From: Antedon mediterranea
Lineage: Eukaryota; Animalia; Echinodermata
Reading direction: 5' to 3'
Assembly (NCBI RefSeq): GCF_964355755.1
Contig: NC_092671.1
Span: 21,407,317 to 21,471,316, forward strand
Length of the DNA stretch: 64,000 nt
Below, piece by piece: positions 36,301-51,300 of this stretch. A model generated the notes under the pieces. That model saw nothing but the letters and a program-made list of their open reading frames with translations, was not told the origin of the DNA and did not search any database. Each line of letters opens with the position of its first letter. The stretch's first letter is position 1. A program made the position numbers and the translations under genes.

Positions 36301-39300
36301 AAAAAACTTGTTAACATAAAAACATCAAAGGGCTAAGAATAGCTTCAAATCGCATTTGGAGACATTTTAGACCAATTAGTGATTTTCGAAAAAACTTGGT
36401 TACACAAAAACATCAAAGTGGTTAAAATCACATTATAAACCGTTTTAGACCATTTTGAGCATTTCGATAACACTTTTTACACAAAAACATCAAAGTGCTT
36501 AGAATAGCTTCAAATCGCATTTGGAGACGTTTTAGACCATTTTGTGATTTTCGAAAAAAACTTTTTAACATAAAAACACCAAACTGCTAAGAATAGCTTC
36601 AAATCGCATATGGAGACAATTTAGACCATTTTGTGATTTTCGAAAAAACTTGTTAACATAAAAACACCAAAGTGCTTAGAATACCTTCAAATCGCATTTG
36701 GAGACGTTTTAGACCATTTTGTGATTTTCCAAAAAACTTGTTAACATAAAAACATCAAAGTGTACAGAATAGCTTCAAATCGCATTTGGAGACGTTTTAG
36801 ACCATTTTGTGATTTTCGAAAAAACTTGTTAACATAAAAACACCAAAGTGCTTAGAATAGCTTCAAATCGCATTAGGAGACGTTTTAGACCATTTTGTGA
36901 TTTTCGAAAAAACTTGTTAACATAAAAACACCAAAGTGCTTAGAATAGCTTCAAATCGCATTTGGAGACGTTTTAGACCATTTTGTGATTTTCGAAAAAA
37001 CTTGTTAACATAAAAACACCAAAATGTTTAGAATAGCTTCAAATCACATTTGGAGACGTTTTAGACCATTTTGTGATTTTCGAAAAAACTTGTTAACACA
37101 AAAACACCAAAGTGATTAGAATAGCTTCAAATCGCATTTGGAGACGTTTTAGACCAATTTGTGCATTTCGATGAAACTTGGTTACGCAAAAACATCAAAG
37201 TGCTTAAAATCACATTATAAACCGTTTTAGACCATTTTGAGCATATCGATAACACTTTTCACACAAAAACATCAAAGAGCACAATATAGCTTAATATCTT
37301 ATTTAAAAACGTTTTAGACCATTTTGAGCATTTCGACAAAACTTTTTCACACAAAACACCAAAGTGCTTAGAATAGCTTCAAATCGCATTTGGAGACGTT
37401 TTAGACCATTTTGTGATTTTCGAAAAAACTTGTTAACATAAAAACATCAAAGTGCTAAGAATAGCTTCAAATCGCATTTGGAGACATTTTAGACCAATTA
37501 GTGATTTTCGAAAAAACTTGGTTACACAAAAACATCAAAGTGGTTAAAATCACATTATAAACCGTTTTAGACCATTTTGAGCATTTCGATAACACTTTTC
37601 ACACAAAAACATCAAAGTGCTTAGAATAGCTTCAAATCGCATTTGGAGACGTTTTAGACCATTTTGTGATTTTCGAAAAAAACTTTTTAACATAAAAACA
37701 CCAAACTGCTAAGAATAGCTTCAAATCGCATATGGAGACAATTTAGACCATTTTGTGATTTTCGAAAAAACTTGTTAACATAAAAACACCAAAGTGCTTA
37801 GAATACCTTCAAATCGCATTTGGAGACATTTTAGACCATTTTGTGATTTTCGAAAAAACTTGTTAACATAAAAACATCAAAGTGCTAAGAATAGCTTCCA
37901 ATCGCATTTGGAGACGTTTTAGACCATTTTGTGATTTTCGAAAACAACTTGTTAACATAAAAACACCAAAGTGCTTAGAATAGCTTCAAATCGCATTTGG
38001 AGACGTTTTAGACCAATTTGTGATTTTCGAAAAAACTTGGTTACACAAAAACATCAAAGTGGATAAAATCACATTATAAACCGTTTTAGACCATTTTGAG
38101 CATATCGATAACACTTTTCACACAAAAACATCAAAGACCACAATATAGCTTAATATCGTATTTAAAAACGTTTTAGACCATTTTGAGCATTTCGACAAAA
38201 CTTTTTCACACAAAACACCAAAGTGCTTAGAATAGCTTCAAATCGCATTTGGAGACGTTTTAGACCATTTTGTGATTTTCGAAAAAACTTGTTAACATAA
38301 AAACATCAAAGTGCTAAGAATAGCTTCAAATCGAATTTGGAGACATTTTAGACCAATTAGTGATTTTCGAAAAAACTTGGTTACACAAAAACATCAAAGT
38401 GGTTAAAATCACATTATAAACCGTTTTAGACCATTTTGAGCATTTCGATAACACTTTTCACACAAAAACATCAAAGTGCTTAGAATAGCTTCAAATCGCA
38501 TTTGGAGACGTTTTAGACCATTTTGTGATTTTCGAAAAAAACTTTTTAACATAAAAACACCAAACTGCTAAGAATAGCTTCAAATCGCATATGGAGACAA
38601 TTTAGACCATTTTGTGATTTTCGAAAAAACTTGTTAACATAAAAACACCAAAGTGCTTAGAATACCTTCAAATCGCATTTGGAGACATTTTAGACCATTT
38701 TGTGATTTTCGAAAAAACTTGTTAACATAAAAACATCAAAGTGCTAAGAATAGCTTCCAATCGCATTTGGAGACGTTTTAGACTATTTTGTGATTTTCGA
38801 AAACAACTTGTTAACATAAAAACACCAAAGTGCTTAGAATAGCTTCAAATCGCATTTGGAGACGTTTTAGACCAATTTGTGATTTTCGAAAAAACTTGGT
38901 TACACAAAAACATCAAAGTGGATAAAATCACATTATAAACCGTTTTAGACCATTTTGAGCATTTCGATAACACATTTCACACAAAAACATCAAAGAGCAC
39001 AAAATAGCTTAATATCGTATTTAAAAACGTTTTAAACCATTTTGAGCATTTCGACAAAACTTTTTCACACAAAACACCAAAGTGTACAGAATAGCTTCAA
39101 ATCCCATTTGGAGACGTTTTAGACCATTTTGTGATTTTCGAAAAAACTTGTTAATATAAAAACACCAAAGTACTTAGAATAGCTTCAAATCGCATTTGGA
39201 GACGTTGTAGACCATTTTGTGATTTTCGAAAAAACTTGTTAACATAAAAACACCAAAGTTTACAGAATAGCTTCAAATCGCATTTGGAGACGTTTTAGAC

Positions 39301-42300
39301 AATTTTGTGCATTTCGATGAAACTTGGTTACACAAAAACATCAAAGTGCTTAAAATCACATTATAAACCGTTTTAGACCATTTGAGCATTTCCATAACAC
39401 TTTTCACACAAAAACATCAAAGGGCACAATATAGCTTAATATCCTATTTAAAAACGTTTTAGACCATTTTGAGCATTTCGACAAAACTTTTTCACACAAA
39501 ACACCAAAGTGCTTAGAATACCTTCAAATCGCATTTGGAGACGTTTTAGACCATTTTGTGATTTTCGAAAAAACTTAACATAAAAACATCAAAGTTTACA
39601 GAATAGCTTCAAATCGCATTTGGAGACGTTTTAAACCATTTTGTGATTTTCGAAAAAACTTGTTAACATAAAAACACCAAAATGTTTAGAATAGCTTCAA
39701 ATCGCATTTGGAGACGTTTTAGACCATTTTGTGATTTTCGAAAAAACTTGTTAACACAAAAACACCAAAGTGATTAGAATAGCTTCAAATCGCATTTGGA
39801 GACGTTTTAGACCATTTTGTGATTTTCGAAAAAACTTGTTAACATAAAAACACCAAAGTGATTAGAATAGCTTCAAATCGCATTTGGAGACGTTTTAGAC
39901 CATTTTGTGCATTTCGATGAAACTTGGTTACGCAAAAACATCAAAGTGCTTAAAATCACATTATAAACCGTTTTAGACCATTTTGAGCATATCGATAACA
40001 CTTTTTACACAAAACGCCAAAGTGCTTAGAATAGCTTCAAATCGCATTTGGAGACGTTTTAGACCATTTTGTGATTTTCGACAAAACTTTTTCACACAAA
40101 ACACCAAAGTGCTTAGAATACCTTCAAATCGCATTTGGAGACGTTTTAGACCATTTTGTGATTTTCGAAAAAACTTGTTAACATAAAAACATCAAAGTGT
40201 ACAGAATAGCTTCAAATCGCATTTGGAGACGTTTTAGACCATTTTGTGATTTTCGAAAAAACTTGTTAACATAAAAACACCAAAGTGCTTAGAATAGCTT
40301 CAAATCGCATTAGGAGACGTTTTAGACCATTTTGTGATTTTCGAAAAAACTTGTTAACATAAAAACACCAAAGTGCTTAGAATAGCTTCAAATCGCATTT
40401 GGAGACGTTTTAGACCATTTTGTGATTTTCGAAAAAACTTGTTAACATAAAAACACCAAAGTTCTTAAAATAGCTTCAAATCGCATTTGGAGACGTTTTA
40501 GACCATTTTGTGATTTTCGAAAAAACTTGTTAACATAAAAACACCAAAGTGCTTAGAATAGCTTCAAATCGCATTTGGAGACGTTTTAGACCATTTTGGG
40601 ATTTTTGAAAAAACTTGTTAACATAAAAACACCAAAGTTCTTAGAATAGCTTCAAATCGCATTTGGAGACGTTTTAGACCATTTTGTGCATTTCGATGAA
40701 ACTTGGTTACACAAAAACATCAAAGTGCTTAAAATCACGTTATAAACCGTTTTAGACCATTTGAGCATTTCGATAACACTTTTCACACAAAAACATCAAA
40801 GGGCACAATATAGCTTAATATCCTATTTAAAAACGTTTTAGACCATTTTGAGCATTTCGACAAAACTTTTTCACACAAAACACCAAAGTGCTTAGAATAC
40901 CTTCAAATCGCATTTGGAGACGTTTTAGACAATTTTGTGATTTTCGAAAAAACTTGTTAACATAAAAACATCAAAGTTTACAGAATAGCTTCAAATCGCT
41001 TTTGGAGACGTTTTAGACAATTTTGTGATTTTCGAAAAAACTTGTTAACATAAAAACACCAAAGTGCTTAGAATAGCTTCAAATTGCATTGGGAGACGTT
41101 TTAGACCATTTTGTGATTTTCGAAAAAACTTGTTAACATAAAAACATCAAAGTGTACAGAATAGCTTCAAATCGCATTTGGAGACGTTTTAGACCATTTT
41201 GTGATTTTCGAAAAAACTTGTTAACATAAAAACACCAAAGTGCTTAGAATAGCTTCAAATCGCATTTGGAGACGTTTTAAACCATTTTGTGATTTTCGAA
41301 AAAACTTGTTAACATAAAAACACCAAAATGTTTAGAATAGCTTCAAATCGCATTTGGAGACGTTTTAGACCATTTTGTGATTTTCGAAAAAACTTGTTAA
41401 CACAAAAACACCAAAGTGATTAGAATAGCTTCAAATCGCATTTGGAGACGTTTTAGACCATTTTGTGATTTTCGAAAAAACTTGTTAACATAAAAACACC
41501 AAAGTGATTAGAATAGCTTCAAATCGCATTTGGAGACGTTTTAGACCATTTTGTGCATTTCGATGAAACTTGGTTACGCAAAAACATCAAAGTGCTTAAA
41601 ATCACATTATAAACCGTTTTAGACCATTTTGAGCATATCGATAACACTTTTTACACAAAACACCAAAGTGCTTAGAATAGCTTCAAATCGCATTTGGAGA
41701 CGTTTTAGACCATTTTGTGATTTTCGACAAAACTTTTTCACACAAAACACCAAAGTGATTAGAATACCTTCAAATCGCATTTGGAGACGTTTTAGACCAT
41801 TTTGTGCATTTCGATGAAACTTGGTTACGCAAAAACATCAAAGTGCTTAAAATCACATTATAAACCGTTTTAGACCATTTTGAGCATATCGATAACACTT
41901 TTCACACAAAAACATCAAAGAGCACAATATAGCTTAATATCGTATTTAAAAACGTTTTAGACCATTTTGAGCATTTCGACAAAACTTTTTCACACAAAAC
42001 ACCAAAGTGCTTAGAATAGCTTCAAATCGCATTTGGAGACGTTTTAGACCATTTTGTGATTTTCGAAAAACCTTGTTAACATAAAAACATCAAAGTGCTA
42101 AGAATAGTTTCAAATCGAATTTGGAGACATTTTAGACCAATTAGTGATTTTCGAAAAAACTTGGTTACACAAAAACATCAAAGTGGTTAAAATCACATTA
42201 TAAACCGTTTTAGACCATTTTGAGCATTTCGATAACACTTTTCACACAAAAACATCAAAGTGCTTAGAATAGCTTCAAATCGCATTTGGAGACGTTTTAG

Positions 42301-45300
42301 ACCATTTTGTGATTTTCGAAAAAAACTTTTTAACATAAAAACACCAAACTGCTAAGAATAGCTTCAAATCGCATATGGAGACAATTTAGACCATTTTGTG
42401 ATTTTCGAAAAAACTTGTTAACATAAAAACACCAAAGTGCTTAGAATACCTTCAAATCGCATTTGGAGACATTTTAGACCATTTTGTGATTTTCGAAAAA
42501 ACTTGTTAACATAAAAACATCAAAGTGCTAAGAATAGCTTCCAATCGCATTTGTAGACGTTTTAGACCATTTTGTGATTTTCGAAAACAACTTGTTAACA
42601 TAAAAACACCAAAGTGCTTAGAATAGCTTCAAATCGCATTTGGAGACGTTTTAGACCATTTTGTGATTTTCGAAAAAACTTGTTAACATAAAAACATCAA
42701 AGTGCTAAGAATAGCTTCAAATCGAATTTGGAGACATTTTAGACCAATTAGTGATTTTCGAAAAAACTTGGTTACACAAAAACATCAAAGTGGTTAAAAT
42801 CACATTATAAACCGTTTTAGACCATTTTGAGCATTTCGATAACACTTTTCACACAAAAACATCAAAGTGCTTAGAATAGCTTCAAATCGCATTTGGAGAC
42901 GTTTTAGACCATTTTGTGATTTTCGAAAAAAACTTTTTAACATAAAAACACCAAACTGCTAAGAATAGCTTCAAATCGCATATGGAGACAATTTAGACCA
43001 TTTTGTGATTTTCGAAAAAACTTGTTAACATAAAAACACCAAAGTGCTTAGAATACCTTCAAATCGCATTTGGAGACATTTTAGACCATTTTGTGATTTT
43101 CGAAAAAACTTGTTAACATAAAAACATCAAAGTGCTAAGAATAGCTTCCAATCGCATTTGGAGACGTTTTAGACCATTTTGTGATTTTCGAAAAAACTTG
43201 TTAACATAAAAACACCAAAGTGATTAGAATAGCTTCAAATCGCATTTGGAGACGTTTTAGACCAATTTGTGCATTTCGATGAAACTTGGTTACGCAAAAA
43301 CATCAAAGTGCTTAAAATCACATTATAAACCGTTTTAGACCATTTTGAGCATATCGATAACACTTTTCACACAAAAACATCAAAGAGCACAATATAGCTT
43401 AATATCTTATTTAAAAACGTTTTAGACCATTTTGAGCATTTCGACAAAACTTTTTCACACAAAACACCAAAGTGCTTAGAATAGCTTCAAATCGCATTTG
43501 GAGACGTTTTAGACCATTTTGTGATTTTCGAAAAAACTTGTTAACATAAAAACATCAAAGTGCTAAGAATAGCTTCAAATCGCATTTGGAGACATTTTAG
43601 ACCAATTAGTGATTTTCGAAAAAACTTGGTTACACAAAAACATCAAAGTGGTTAAAATCACATTATAAACCGTTTTAGACCATTTTGAGCATTTCGATAA
43701 CACTTTTCACACAAAAACATCAAAGTGCTTAGAATAGCTTCAAATCGCATTTGGAGACGTTTTAGACCATTTTGTGATTTTCGAAAAAAACTTTTTAACA
43801 TAAAAACACCAAACTTCTAAGAATAGCTTCAAATCGCATATGGAGACAATTTAGACCATTTTGTGATTTTCGAAAAAACTTGTTAACATAAAAACACCAA
43901 AGTGCTAAGAATAGCTTCAAATCGCATATGGAGACAATTTAGACCATTTTGTGATTTTCGAAAAAACTTGGTTACACAAAAACATCAAAGTGGTTAAAAT
44001 CACATTATAAACCGTTTTAGACCATTTTGAGCATTTCGATAACACTTTTCACACAAAAACATCAAAGTGCTTAGAATAGCTTCAAATCGCATTTGGAGAC
44101 GTTTTAGACCATTTTGTGATTTTCCAAAAAACTTGTTAACATAAAAACATCAAAGTGTACAGAATAGCTTCAAATCGCATTTGGAGACGTTTTAGACCAT
44201 TTTGTGATTTTCGAAAAAACTTGTTAACATAAAAACACCAAAGTGCTTAGAATAGCTTCAAATCGCATTAGGAGACGTTTTAGACCATTTTGTGATTTTC
44301 GAAAAAACTTGTTAACATAAAAACACCAAAGTGCTTAGAATAGCTTCAAATCGCATTTGGAGACGTTTAAGACCATTTTGTGATTTTCGAAAAAACTTGT
44401 TAACATAAAAACACCAAAGTGCTTAGAATAGCTTCAAATCGCATTTGGAGACGTTTTAGACCAATTTGTGATTTTCGAAAAAACTTGGTTACACAAAAAC
44501 ATCAAAGTGGATAAAAGCACATTATAAACCGTTTTAGACCATTTTGAGCATTTCGATAACACATTTCACACAAAAACATCAAAGAGCACAAAATAGCTTA
44601 ATATCGTATTTAAAAACGTTTTAAACCATTTTGAGCATTTCGACAAAACTTTTTCACACAAAACACCAAAGTGTTTAGAAAAGCTTCAAATCGCATTTGG
44701 AGACGTTTTAGACCATTTTGGGATTTTCGAAAAAACTTGTTAACATAAAAACACCAAAGTGCTTAGAATAGCTTCAAATCGCATTTGAAGACGTTTTAGA
44801 CCATTTTGTAATTTTCGAAAAAACTTGTTAACATAAAAACACCAAAATGTTTAGAATAGCTTCAAATCGCATTTGGAGACGTTTTAGACCATTTTGTGAT
44901 TTTCGAAAAAACTTGTTAACACAAAAACACCAAAGTGATTAGAATAGCTTCAAATCGCATTTGGAGACGTTTTAGACCATTTTGTGATTTTCGAAAAAAC
45001 TTGTTAACATAAAAACACCAAAGTGATTAGAATAGCTTCAAATCGCATTTGGAGACGTTTTAGACCATTTTGTGCATTTCGATGAAACTTGGTTACGCAA
45101 AAACATCAAAGTAATAATCACATTATAAACAGTTTTAGACCATTTTGAGCATATCGATAAAACTTTTTACACAAAACACCAAAGTGCTTAGAATAGCTTC
45201 AAATCGCATTTGGAGACGTTTTAGACCATTTTGTGATTTTCGACAAAACTTTTTCACACAAAACACCAAAGTGCTTAGAATACCTTCAAATCGCATTTGG

Positions 45301-48300
45301 AGACGTTTTAGACCATTTTGTGATTTTCGAAAAAACTTGTTAACATAAAAACATCAAAGTGTACAGATTAGCTTCAAATCGCATTTGGAGACGTTTTAGA
45401 CCATTTTGTGATTTTCGAAAAAACTTGTTAACATAAAAACACCAAAGTGCTTAGAATAGCTTCAAATCGCATTAGGAGACGTTTTAGACCATTTTGTTAT
45501 TTTCGAAAAAACTTGTTAACATAAAAACACCAAAATGTTTAGAATAGCTTCAAATCGCATTTGGAGACGTTTTAGACCATTTTGTGATTTTCGAAAAAAC
45601 TTGTTAACATAAAAACACCAAAGTGCTTAGAATACCTTCAAATCGCATTTGGAGACGTTTTAGACCATTTTGTGATTTTCCAAAAAACTTGTTAACATAA
45701 AAACATCAAAGTGTACAGAATAGCTTCAAATCGCATTTGGAGACGTTTTAGACCATTTTGTGATTTTCGAAAAAACTTGTTAACATAAAAACACCAAAGT
45801 GCTTAGAATAGCTTCAAATCGCATTAGGAGACGTTTTAGACCATTTTGTGATTTTCGAAAAAACTTGTTAACATAAAAACACCAAAGTGCTTAGAATAGC
45901 TTCAAATCGCATTTGGAGACGTTTTAGACCATTTTGTGATTTTCGAAAAAACTTGTTAACATAAAAACACCAAAATGTTTAGAATAGCTTCAAATCACAT
46001 TTGGAGACGTTTTAGACCATTTTGTGATTTTCGAAAAAACTTGTTAACACAAAAACACCAAAGTGATTAGAATAGCTTCAAATCGCATTTGGAGACGTTT
46101 TAGACCAATTTGTGCATTTCGATGAAACTTGGTTACGCAAAAACATCAAAGTGCTTAAAATCACATTATAAACCGTTTTAGACCATTTTGAGCATATCGA
46201 TAACACTTTTCACACAAAAACATCAAAGAGCACAATATAGCTTAATATCTTATTTAAAAACGTTTTAGACCATTTTGAGCATTTCGACAAAACTTTTTCA
46301 CACAAAACACCAAAGTGCTTAGAATAGCTTCAAATCGCATTTGGAGACGTTTTAGACCATTTTGTGATTTTCGAAAAAACTTTTTCACACAAAACACCAA
46401 AGTGCTTAGAATACCTTCAAATCGCATTTGGAGACGTTTTAGACCATTTTGTGATTTTCGAAAAAACTTGTTAACATAAAAACATCAAAGTGTACAGAAT
46501 AGCTTCAAATCGCATTTGGAGACGTTTTAGACCATTTTGTGATTTTCGAAAAAACTTGTTAACATAAAAACACCAAAGTGCTTAGAATAGCTTCAAATCG
46601 CATTAGGAGACGTTTTAGACCATTTTGTGATTTTCGAAAAAACTTGTTAACACAAAAACACCAAAGTGCTTAGAATAGCTTCAAATCGCATTTGGAGACG
46701 TTTTAGACCATTTTGTGATTTTCGAAAAAACTTGTTAATATAAAAACACCAAAGTACTTAGAATAGCTTCAAATCGCATTTGGAGACGTTTTAAACCATT
46801 TTGTGATTTTCGAAAAAACTTGTTAACATAAAAACACCAAAATGTTTAGAATAGCTTCAAATCGCATTTGGAGACGTTTTAGACCATTTTGTGATTTTCG
46901 AAAAAACTTGTTAACACAAAAACACCAAAGTGATTAGAATAGCTTCAAATCGCATTTGGAGACGTTTTAGACCATTTTGTGCATTTCGATGAAACTTGGT
47001 TACGGAAAAACATCAAAGTGCTTAAAATCACATTATAAACCGTTTTAGACCATTTTGAGCATTTCGATAACACATTTCACACAAAAACATCAAAGAGCAC
47101 AAAATAGCTTAATATCGTATTTAAAAACGTTTTAAACCATTTTGAGCATTTCGACAAAACTTTTTCACACAAAACACCAAAGTGTTTAGAAAAGCTTCAA
47201 ATCGCATTTGGAGACGTTTTAGACCATTTTGGGATTTTCGAAAAAACTTGTTAACATAAAAACACCAAAGTGCTTAGAATACCTTCAAATCGCATTTGGA
47301 GACGTTTTAGACCATTTTGTAATTTTCGAAAAAACTTGTTAACATAAAAACACCAAAGTGCTAAGAATAGCTTCAAATCGCATTTGGAGACGTTTTAGAC
47401 CAATTTGTGATTTTCGAAAAAACTTGGTTACACAAAAACATCAAAGTGCTTAAAATCACATTATAAAACCGTTTTAGACCATTTTGAGCATTTCGATAAC
47501 ACTTTTCACACAAAAACATCAAAGAGCATAAAATAGGTTAATATCGTATTTAAAAACGTTTTAGACCATTTTGAGCATTTCGACAAAACTTTTTCACACA
47601 AAACACCAAAGTGTACAGAATAGCTTAATATCGTATTTAAAAACGTTTTAGACCATTTTGTGATTTTCGAAAAAACTTGTTAACATAAAAACACCAAAAT
47701 GTTTAGAATAGCTTCAAATTGCATTTGGAGACGTTTTAGACCATTTTGTGATTTTCGAAAAAACTTGTTAACACAAAAACACCAAAGTGATTAGAATAGC
47801 TTCAAATCGCATTTGGAGACGTTTTAGACCATTTTGTGATTTTCGAAAAAACTTGTTAACATAAAAACACCAAAGTGATTAGAATAGCTTCAAATCGCAT
47901 TTGGAGACGTTTTAGACCATTTTGTGCATTTCGATGAAACTTGGTTACGCAAAAACATCAATGTGCTTAAAATCACATTATAAACCGTTTTAGACCATTT
48001 TGAGCATATCCATAAAACTTTTTACACAAAACACCAAAGTGCTTAGAATAGCTTCAAATCGCATTTGGAGACGTTTTAGACCATTTTGTGATTTTCGACA
48101 AAACTTTTTCACACAAAACACCAAAGTGCTTAGAATACCTTCAAATCGCATTTGGAGACGTTTTAGACCATTTTGTGATTTTCGAAAAAACTTGTTAACA
48201 TAAAAACATCAAAGTGTACAGAATAGCTTCAAATCGCATTTGGAGACGTTTTAGACCATTTTGTGATTTTCGAAAAAACTTGTTAACATAAAAACACCAA

Positions 48301-51300
48301 AGTGCTTAGAATAGCTTCAAATCGCATTAGGAGACGTTTTAGACCATTTTGTGATTTTCGAAAAAACTTGTTAACATAAAAACACCAAAGTGCTTAGAAT
48401 AGCTTCAAATCGCATTTGGAGACGTTTTAGACCATTTTGTGATTTTCGAAAAAACTTGTTAACATAAAAACACCAAAATGTTTAGAATAGCTTCAAATCG
48501 CATTTGGAGACGTTTTAGACCATTTTGTGATTTTCGAAAAAACTTGTTAACACAAAAACACCAAAGTGATTAGAATAGCTTCAAATCGCATTTGGAGACG
48601 TTTTAGACCATTTTGTGCATTTCGATGAAACTTGGTTACGCAAAAACATCAAAGTGCTTAAAATCACATTATAAACCGTTTTAGACCATTTTTAGCATAT
48701 CGATAACACTTTTCACACAAAAACATCAAAGAGCACAATATAGCTTAATATCGTATTTAAAAACGTTTTAGACCATTTTGAGCATTTCGACAAAACTTTT
48801 TCACACAAAACACCAAAGTGCTTAGAATAGCTTCAAATCGCATTTGGAGACGTTTTAGACCATTTTGTGATTTTCGAAAAAACTTGTTAACATAAAAACA
48901 TCAAAGGGCTAAGAATAGCTTCAAATCGCATTTGGAGACATTTTAGACCAATTAGTGATTTTCGAAAAAACTTGGTTACACAAAAACATCAAAGTGGTTA
49001 AAATCACATTATAAACCGTTTTAGACCATTTTGAGCATTTCGATAACACTTTTTACACAAAAACATCAAAGTGCTTAGAATAGCTTCAAATCGCATTTGG
49101 AGACGTTTTAGACCATTTTGTGATTTTCGAAAAAAACTTTTTAACATAAAAACACCAAACTGCTAAGAATAGCTTCAAATCGCATATGGAGACAATTTAG
49201 ACCATTTTGTGATTTTCGAAAAAACTTGTTAACATAAAAACACCAAAGTGCTTAGCATACCTTCAAATCGCATTTGGAGACATTTTAGACCATTTTGTGA
49301 TTTTCGAAAAAACTTGTTAACATAAAAACATCAAAGTGCTAAGAATAGCTTCCAATCGCATTTGGAGACGTTTTAGACCATTTTGTGATTTTCGAAAACA
49401 ACTTGTTAACATAAAAACACCAAAGTGCTTAGAATAGCTTCAAATCGCATTTGGAGACGTTTTAGACCAATTTGTGATTTTCGAAAAAACTTGGTTACAC
49501 AAAAACATCAAAGTGGATAAAATCACATTATAAACCGTTTTAGACCATTTTGAGCATATCGATAACACTTTTCACACAAAAACATCAAAGACCACAATAT
49601 AGCTTAATATCGTATTTAAAAACGTTTTAGACCATTTTGAGCATTTCGACAAAACTTTTTCACACAAAACACCAAAGTGCTTAGAATAGCTTCAAATCGC
49701 ATTTGGAGACGTTTTAGACCATTTTGTGATTTTCGAAAAAACTTGTTAACATAAAAACATCAAAGTGCTAAGAATAGCTTCAAATCGAATTTGGAGACAT
49801 TTTAGACCAATTAGTGATTTTCGAAAAAACTTGGTTACACAAAAACATCAAAGTGGTTAAAATCACATTATAAACCGTTTTAGACCATTTTGAGCATTTC
49901 GATAACACTTTTCACACAAAAACATCAAAGTGCTTAGAATAGCTTCAAATCGCATTTGGAGACGTTTTAGACCATTTTGTGATTTTCGAAAAAAACTTTT
50001 TAACATAAAAACACCAAACTGCTAAGAATAGCTTCAAATCGCATATGGAGACAATTTAGACCATTTTGTGATTTTCGAAAAAACTTGTTAACATAAAAAC
50101 ACCAAAGTGCTTAGAATACCTTCAAATCGCATTTGGAGACATTTTAGACCATTTTGTGATTTTCGAAAAAACTTGTTAACATAAAAACATCAAAGTGCTA
50201 AGAATAGCTTCCAATCGCATTTGGAGACGTTTTAGACTATTTTGTGATTTTCGAAAACAACTTGTTAACATAAAAACACCAAAGTGCTTAGAATAGCTTC
50301 AAATCGCATTTGGAGACGTTTTAGACCAATTTGTGATTTTCGAAAAAACTTGGTTACACAAAAACATCAAAGTGGATAAAATCACATTATAAACCGTTTT
50401 AGACCATTTTGAGCATTTCGATAACACATATCACACAAAAACATCAAAGAGCACAAAATAGCTTAATATCGTATTTAAAAACGTTTTAAACCATTTTGAG
50501 CATTTCGACAAAACTTTTTCACACAAAACACCAAAGTGTACAGAATAGCTTCAAATCGCATTTGGAGACGTTTTAGACCATTTTGTGATTTTCGAAAAAA
50601 CTTGTTAATATAAAAACACCAAAGTACTTAGAATAGCTTCAAATCGCATTTGGAGACGTTGTAGACCATTTTGTGATTTTCGAAAAAACTTGTTAACATA
50701 AAAACACCAAAGTTTACAGAATAGCTTCAAATCGCATTTGGAGACGTTTTAGACAATTTTGTGCATTTCGATGAAACTTGGTTACACAAAAACATCAAAG
50801 TGCTTAAAATCACATTATAAACCGTTTTAGACCATTTGAGCATTTCCATAACACTTTTCACACAAAAACATCAAAGGGCACAATATAGCTTAATATCCTA
50901 TTTAAAAACGTTTTAGACCATTTTGAGCATTTCGACAAAACTTTTTCACACAAAACACCAAAGTGCTTAGAATACCTTCAAATCGCATTTGGAGACGTTT
51001 TAGACCATTTTGTGATTTTCGAAAAAACTTAACATAAAAACATCAAAGTTTACAGAATAGCTTCAAATCGCATTTGGAGACGTTTTAAACCATTTTGTGA
51101 TTTTCGAAAAAACTTGTTAACATAAAAACACCAAAATGTTTAGAATAGCTTCAAATCGCATTTGGAGACGTTTTAGACCATTTTGTGATTTTCGAAAAAA
51201 CTTGTTAACACAAAAACACCAAAGTGATTAGAATAGCTTCAAATCGCATTTGGAGACGTTTTAGACCATTTTGTGATTTTCGAAAAAACTTGTTAACATA

